A DNA stretch of 64,000 bases from an uncultured Actinomycetes bacterium. GTDB lineage: Bacteria > Actinomycetota > Actinomycetes > S36-B12 > UBA10799. Below are positions 58,970 through 64,000 of the stretch, one piece after another. A program made the translations under genes and the position numbers. How positions within the stretch are numbered: the first letter of the stretch is position 1; each line of letters starts with the position of its first letter. The stretch spans positions 582 through 64,581 of the forward strand of contig CAZKVQ010000009.1 of NCBI GenBank assembly GCA_964556255.1. The letters are read 5' to 3'. The notes beneath the pieces were generated by a model. It was not told where the DNA came from. It saw only the letters and a program-made list of their open reading frames with translations, and ran no database searches.

Positions 58970-61900
58970 ATGAAACAGAGTCAGCAATCAGGCGAGGCCA
59001 CGCTACGGCCGGGTGCGGTGGTGTCCGGGCTGGCCGGCCCTCAGACGGCGACGATCCTGTCGGTCATCAGGCTGACCGACGACTCGGCGACAGTCGTCTA
59101 CCGCAACGACGAGGGTGCGCTTGACGAGAAGATCGTGTTCGCAGAGCAGCTCGCCGCGATTCGGGAGGTGTCCGCTGGCGCGGCCTTCACCTTCGACGCC
59201 GATCCGGCCTCGTTTTGGCTTGCCGCGGAAGCTCGTCGGATGCGCCTGGCGTTCCTGTTCGATCCGCAGTCGGCGTTGGGCACCTCTGACGTCGACCCGC
59301 TTCCCCACCAGTTGAGGGCCGTCTACCAGGAGATGCTGCCCCGACAGCCGCTGCGCTTCGTCCTCGCAGACGACCCGGGTGCAGGCAAGACAATCATGGC
59401 TGGGCTGTTCATCAAGGAGCTGCTGTTGCGCGGTGACGCGTCCAACGTTCTCGTCATCGCACCGGGCTCGCTGGTCGACCAGTGGCAGGATGAGCTGTCG
59501 GCCAAGTTCGGACTGGACTTCCAGATCCTGACCAAAGACCTGGTCGCCGGGAGTGGGAACCCGTTTTCCCGCGGAGGGCTATGGCTCGCGCGCCTTGACG
59601 TTCTGGCGCGCAACTCTGAGAACATCCAGGACAAAGCCTCAGAGGTTGACTGGGACTTGATCGTCGCCGACGAGGCCCACAAACTGTCGGCATCTGTGTG
59701 GGGCGGGGAGGTGAAAAAGACCAAGCGCTACCAGATGGCCGAACGGCTCGGCTCTGCGCGCAATCTGCTGCTCATGACGGCGACGCCGCACTCGGGCAAA
59801 GAGGAGCAGTTCCAGTTGTTCATGGCGCTGCTGGACTCCGACCGTTTCGAAGGTGTGCCACGGGAGGGCACCCGCCGGGTGGACGTGTCCGACCTCATGC
59901 GCCGCATGATCAAAGAGGAGCTGCTGACCTTCGATGGCACCCATCTGTTCCCCGAGCGCCGCTCCTACACCGCGCGCTATCCGCTGTCTGGCCCGGAACG
60001 GGATCTGTATGTGGCGGTCTCGGACTATGTGCGCGACCAGATGAACCTTGTCGCCCAACTCGCCGAGGACGGCAAGCGCCGCGCATCGGTTGGTTTCGCG
60101 TTGACCACGCTGCAGCGCCGACTCGCCTCGAGTCCGCGTGCGATCCATCGCTCGCTGGAGCGCCGACTGCGCAAGTTGACCGACCAACTCGACGAGGTTC
60201 GCAGTGGCGGCGACATCACCGCGCTGTCCACCCCTGTGGTAATCGACGCTGACGACCTCGATGAACTGCCCGACGATGAGCTCGAGGCGCTGGAGGACGA
60301 AGCCGCGGCAGGAGCCTTCGCCGCCCGCACGGCCGAGCAGCTTGAAGCCGAGATCGCCGTGGTGGCTCGGCTGGTGGATCAGGCCGCCGCGGTGCGCCAC
60401 TCGCCGACTTACTCCAAATGGGATCGGCTGCGTGACACTCTCGACGACGCCCCGTTCATGCGCGACGGCGCTGGGCAGCGGCGCAAGGTGATCATTTTCA
60501 CCGAGCACAAGGACACCCTTGATGACCTGACCGAGCGACTGCGCGACTTCATCGGCCGCGACGACGCGGTCGTCACGATCCACGGTGGGACCCGCCGGGA
60601 GGACCGAAAGAAGGCCCAGGAGACGTTCCGCAGCGACGACGGGTGCTACTTCCTCGTCGCCACCGACGCCGCCGGGGAAGGTGTGAACCTGCAAAACGCC
60701 CACCTGGTCATCAACTACGACCTGCCGTGGAATCCCAACCGCATCGAGCAGCGCTTCGGCCGGGTGCACCGCATCGGCCAGCAGGAGGTGTGCCACATGT
60801 GGTCTCTGGTGGCCGCCGACACCCGCGAAGGGATGGTGTATGAGCGGCTGTTGGAGAAACTCGAACAGCAACGCCAAGCCCTGGGCGGGCGAGTATTCGA
60901 CGTCCTCGGTCAGGTATTCGACGGGACGTCCTTGCGTGACCTGATGATGGACGCCATCCGGTACGGCGACGACCCGGCCCGGCGCACCGAACTGCTCACC
61001 GTTATCGACGCCCACGTCGGCGACGGCATCGCGGAGGCCCTCTCCGAGGAGCAACTCGTGCCGACCATGATGGCCACCAGCGAAATCGACCAGGCTCGCC
61101 GAGAGATGGAACGGGCTGAGGCCGCGCGCCTGCAGCCCTATCACGTGGAGGCATTCTTCTCCGCCGCGTTCGCTGCAGCCGGCGGACACCTGCGTCCGCG
61201 TGAATCCCACCGTTACGAGATTCGTTCGGTTCCCTCCGTCATCAAAGACCAGGACCGCATCACGGGCTCCGGCATGCCTGTGGTCAACACGTACTCCCGA
61301 GTCGCGTTCGACCCGCGCAACCTGCGTATTGACGGCCACACCCAGGTCGCGGCACTGCTGCACCCCGGGCACCCGTTGATGGCCGCTCTCATGTCTGTCA
61401 CCACCGACCGTCACGGCGACGCGCTGCGCCACGGCGCGATCCTCGCCGACCGCTCAGACGCATCTCTAGACCCGTACGTCGTGTGCCTGCTCGAACACGA
61501 CGTCACCGACGCCCGTCGCGGCCGCGATGCTCAGCCCCACGTCGTGTCGCGACGTGCCCAATACGTGCGCCTGGATGTCGACGGCACCATCGCGCCTCTG
61601 GGTGGTACACCGCTGCCCAACCTCGAACCGCCCACCGACGCCGAACTGGTCCAGGCACGGATCATCGCCGGCCAGGACTGGTGTACCGCCGCCACGCTCG
61701 AGGACGCTGTGGTCAACCACGCCGCCGCAACCCTCGCCCGCGAACACTCCGAGGACATCACTGCCTCCACGAACGCCCGTATCGACAAGACCACCGCGCT
61801 CGTACGCGACCGGCTGACAAGGGAGATCAACTATTGGGACTCCCGAGCAGCCGAACTGCGTGAGGCCGAGCACGCCGGCAAGCAGACCCGGCTGCCCGCC

Positions 61901-62458
61901 TCCCAACTCCAGCAGCGCGCCGACGAACTGTCCCATCGCCTGGACCGCCGCCTGGCCGAGTTGGAATCAGAGAGAGCGCTTTCCGCGCGTCCGCCGCGCA
62001 TCACTGGTGCATGCCTGGTCGTGCCGCAGGGATGGTTCGAGGCCCTCACCGACCCAGAGGGTGCCGCCGCGCATGCCAAGGAAACCGCCCGCGTGGAGCG
62101 CCTCGCTGTCGAGGCGGTCCTCGCAGTTGAACGCGCCCACGGACATCGCCCGGTGGAGATGCCGCATAACAACCCGGGCTACGACATCGAATCCGACACG
62201 CCCGAGGGCCTCGACTTCATCGAGGTCAAGGGTCGCGTCGAAGGGGGCGACGAGTTTGTGCTCACCCGAACCGAGGCGTCGACCGCCCTGAATAAGGGCC
62301 GCCGCAGCGTCCTGGCACTGGTGCGCGTCGCCGCCGACGACACGACGACGGTGCGCTACCTGCGCCAGCCGATCACCCACCCGCTCGATCCGCGTGCACG
62401 GTCGGTCACCTTCGAATGGGATGCGATGTGGGACGACGGCCAGGAGATGACACCGTGA
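58970..62458 (+). CDS. SNF2-family helicase-related protein with C-terminal DUF3883 (PD-(D/E)xK-like) domain
   Basis: ATG 58970 follows GGGAGGGGTGAG. Motif I DDPGAGKT, motif II VADEAHKL (DEAH), motif III LLMTATPHSG, helicase-C LVATDAAGEGVNLQ and QRFGRVHRIGQ. The C-terminus GYDIESDTPEGLDFIEVKGRVEGGDEFVLTRTE is DUF3883/restriction-endonuclease-like. Confidence 0.9.
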   Translation: MKQSQQSGEATLRPGAVVSGLAGPQTATILSVIRLTDDSATVVYRNDEGALDEKIVFAEQLAAIREVSAGAAFTFDADPASFWLAAEARRMRLAFLFDPQSALGTSDVDPLPHQLRAVYQEMLPRQPLRFVLADDPGAGKTIMAGLFIKELLLRGDASNVLVIAPGSLVDQWQDELSAKFGLDFQILTKDLVAGSGNPFSRGGLWLARLDVLARNSENIQDKASEVDWDLIVADEAHKLSASVWGGEVKKTKRYQMAERLGSARNLLLMTATPHSGKEEQFQLFMALLDSDRFEGVPREGTRRVDVSDLMRRMIKEELLTFDGTHLFPERRSYTARYPLSGPERDLYVAVSDYVRDQMNLVAQLAEDGKRRASVGFALTTLQRRLASSPRAIHRSLERRLRKLTDQLDEVRSGGDITALSTPVVIDADDLDELPDDELEALEDEAAAGAFAARTAEQLEAEIAVVARLVDQAAAVRHSPTYSKWDRLRDTLDDAPFMRDGAGQRRKVIIFTEHKDTLDDLTERLRDFIGRDDAVVTIHGGTRREDRKKAQETFRSDDGCYFLVATDAAGEGVNLQNAHLVINYDLPWNPNRIEQRFGRVHRIGQQEVCHMWSLVAADTREGMVYERLLEKLEQQRQALGGRVFDVLGQVFDGTSLRDLMMDAIRYGDDPARRTELLTVIDAHVGDGIAEALSEEQLVPTMMATSEIDQARREMERAEAARLQPYHVEAFFSAAFAAAGGHLRPRESHRYEIRSVPSVIKDQDRITGSGMPVVNTYSRVAFDPRNLRIDGHTQVAALLHPGHPLMAALMSVTTDRHGDALRHGAILADRSDASLDPYVVCLLEHDVTDARRGRDAQPHVVSRRAQYVRLDVDGTIAPLGGTPLPNLEPPTDAELVQARIIAGQDWCTAATLEDAVVNHAAATLAREHSEDITASTNARIDKTTALVRDRLTREINYWDSRAAELREAEHAGKQTRLPASQLQQRADELSHRLDRRLAELESERALSARPPRITGACLVVPQGWFEALTDPEGAAAHAKETARVERLAVEAVLAVERAHGHRPVEMPHNNPGYDIESDTPEGLDFIEVKGRVEGGDEFVLTRTEASTALNKGRRSVLALVRVAADDTTTVRYLRQPITHPLDPRARSVTFEWDAMWDDGQEMTP

Positions 62459-64000
62459 CCCGCAAAATCATCGAGGTGGCGCTGCCTCTGGAACAGATCA
62501 ATGCCGCCGCGAAAGCGGACAAGGACCGAAAGACTGGCACCATCCGCAACCTGCACAAATGGTTCGCCCCCGCACCACTGCCAGCCTGGCGGGCGCTGCT
62601 GTTCGCTGCCCTCGTCGACGACCCGCAAGACGACAACCGCCGCGTCTACCTGCTCGACCTGATCAAGCGATTGGTGGCCAACGGAGCCGACCTGCCCGAC
62701 GCCGACACCCTCGCCGAGGCCCGGCAGGTGATAGTCGACCAGTTCCCGGATGGAGTACCCGCCGTCATGGACCCGTTTTGTGGAGGGGGTTCCACCCTGG
62801 TGGAGGCTCAACGACTGGGCCTGCCAACCTTCGGATCCGACTTGAACCCGGTGCCGGTGCTCATCACCCGCACCCTGACCGAACTGCTGCCGAAGGTGTA
62901 CGGTCAGCAGCCGCTTCATCCCGAGACCGAAGCCGACCGCGACCAAGCCAAGAAGGGAACCAAAGGCCAAATCCCACTCGACTCCAGAGACCGGCCTCTC
63001 ATCTACTCGGGCTTCGACGGGCTCATCCGCGACGTCACCTACTACGCCGAACAGGTCCGCGACCGGGCATGGGAACAGTTGAAGGACAACTACCCATCTG
63101 AGCCTGGCGAGACGCCGATCGCGTGGCTGTGGGCGCGTACCGTGACCTGCCCGAACCCGGCCTGCGGCATCGAGACCGTCCTGTCAACCTCGTGGTGGCT
63201 GTCGAAGAAGAAAGGCGACCTCGCCTGGATCTCTCCCCGCGTCGAGGACGGCCAAGTCGTGCTCGACGTGGTTAGTGGGCAGACGTCGGGCGAGGCGCCG
63301 GCGTCGCCGAAGGTCGGACGCGGCAGGTTCGCCTGCGTGGCCTGCGCGGCCACTTTGGGAGAGAACTACCTACGTGCCGAAGGCTCCGCGGGAAACATGC
63401 GCATTCGCATGACGGCGGTCGTCGCGGAGACCGAGAAGGGGCGACTTTACCGCGCCGCGACTGCCGCAGATGTGCCGACGGTCCCGACCTCGCCAGATGC
63501 GACCGGCGTTGGTGACGTCCCCATCGTGAAGTGGCGCTCGGTAAATGTCCCCGACTACGGCATCGACACCTGGGACAAGCTATACACCCCACGCCAACTG
63601 CTCACCCTCACTACGTTCGCGGACCTGGTCGCCGCGACCTACGAGCGCATTCTTGACGACGGCGGGTCCCGCGAGTGGGCGTCCGCTGTATCAACACTTC
63701 TTGGGTTGGCGGTGGGCCGCCGGGCGCGCTACGGATCCTCGCAATCGCAGTGGCGCCTCCGAAGTTCGGCTAATGCGAAAGCCGAGTCGGTCTATGCCCG
63801 CAATGACCTGCCCATGATGTGGGATTTTGCCGAGACGTTCTTTGATGGTGGGTCAGTCGGCGATTGGATGGACGCCTGCACGGGCGTCTTCAGATCGCTG
63901 GCATACGCTGTGCCAGGGAGCGGTTCGGCTGTACGTGGCGATGCGCGTTCCGTTGCCTTGCCTCTTGGGTCGCCGGGGTCTTTGGTAGCCACAGACCCGC
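62455..64000 (+). CDS. DUF1156 domain-containing Zn-ribbon DNA methyltransferase (COG1743-type), 5' 515 codons; continues past window end
   Basis: Hand-translated open frame from GTG 62455 (GTGA overlap with the helicase stop) to 64000, with no stop codon. It begins VTRKIIEVALPLEQINAAAKADKDRKTGTIRNLHKWFAPAPL. SAM motif I is VMDPFCGGGSTLVEAQRLG (62770-62793). The Zn ribbon is CPNPAC...CVAC. The window ends in ...LVATDP, the beginning of a DPPY-type motif IV. The ORF is absent from the track because it is open-ended. Confidence 0.85.
   Translation, partial: MTRKIIEVALPLEQINAAAKADKDRKTGTIRNLHKWFAPAPLPAWRALLFAALVDDPQDDNRRVYLLDLIKRLVANGADLPDADTLAEARQVIVDQFPDGVPAVMDPFCGGGSTLVEAQRLGLPTFGSDLNPVPVLITRTLTELLPKVYGQQPLHPETEADRDQAKKGTKGQIPLDSRDRPLIYSGFDGLIRDVTYYAEQVRDRAWEQLKDNYPSEPGETPIAWLWARTVTCPNPACGIETVLSTSWWLSKKKGDLAWISPRVEDGQVVLDVVSGQTSGEAPASPKVGRGRFACVACAATLGENYLRAEGSAGNMRIRMTAVVAETEKGRLYRAATAADVPTVPTSPDATGVGDVPIVKWRSVNVPDYGIDTWDKLYTPRQLLTLTTFADLVAATYERILDDGGSREWASAVSTLLGLAVGRRARYGSSQSQWRLRSSANAKAESVYARNDLPMMWDFAETFFDGGSVGDWMDACTGVFRSLAYAVPGSGSAVRGDARSVALPLGSPGSLVATDP

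Larger units (their letters stand above)
56800..64000. mobile_element. genomic (defence) island integrated immediately 3' of ssrA; right end beyond window
   Basis: At the ssrA terminator there is an abrupt switch from conserved core synteny to a recombinase, a ~660-bp unassigned A/T-richer spacer and a helicase/methyltransferase cassette. A candidate junction core, GTAACTAACAGTGTTAC, lies at 56820-56836. The left boundary is approximate and the right boundary was not observed. Confidence 0.65.

Noticed and set aside
1-64000. CRISPR arrays, tandem repeats, IS elements, tRNA or rRNA genes
   Set aside because: Reading through the intergenic regions showed no repeat-spacer periodicity, no transposase-like ORF and no tRNA-like T-arm other than the one in tmRNA. 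This was a visual scan only. A repeat finder and tRNAscan/Infernal should confirm it.

Overview
This is a GC-rich actinobacterial chromosome segment. GC content was judged by eye, not computed. About 56.8 kb is conserved core genome. Gene order closely follows two Mycobacterium tuberculosis neighbourhoods that I recognise from memory: Rv3240c-Rv3268 (secA1, hpf, comF-like, sahH, manA, pmmA, DUF3499, whiB2, fbiA/fbiB, manC, LCP and GT2 cell-wall genes) and Rv3100c-Rv3105c (prfB, ftsE, ftsX, smpB, ssrA).

Reading left to right:
- a UDP-sugar dehydrogenase 5' end and an acyl-CoA dehydrogenase;
- a cell-envelope glycopolymer locus with 2 LCP ligases, 2 GT2 glycosyltransferases, a large CDP-alcohol-transferase-like membrane protein, SpoIID/LytB, TIGR03089 and manC;
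- the F420 genes fbiB-fbiA, divergent from fbiC;
- whiB and the GDP-mannose supply operon (manB, trm112-like, SIS, manA, CDF);
- ahcY;
- comF-like, hpf, luxR-type regulator and secA;
- lipid and amino-acid metabolism (WS/DGAT, patatin, pruA, giant NAD-GDH);
- prfB, ftsE, ftsX, a coiled-coil M23 peptidase, smpB and tmRNA.

The most interesting part is the last ~7 kb (about 56.8 kb to the window end). Directly behind the tmRNA terminator sits a genomic island. It opens with a large serine recombinase whose ORF has no stop codon of its own and reads antisense into ssrA. The island carries a translationally coupled pair: an SNF2-type helicase fused to a DUF3883 (PD-(D/E)xK-like) module, and a DUF1156 Zn-ribbon DNA methyltransferase truncated by the window edge. 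This is the signature of a predicted but mechanistically uncharacterised restriction-modification-like anti-phage system.

No CRISPR array, rRNA, tRNA or IS element was seen. Many long ORFs in the supplied track are antisense artefacts of GC-rich coding DNA. Two real genes (1..365 minus and 62455..64000 plus) are missing from the track because they run off the window.
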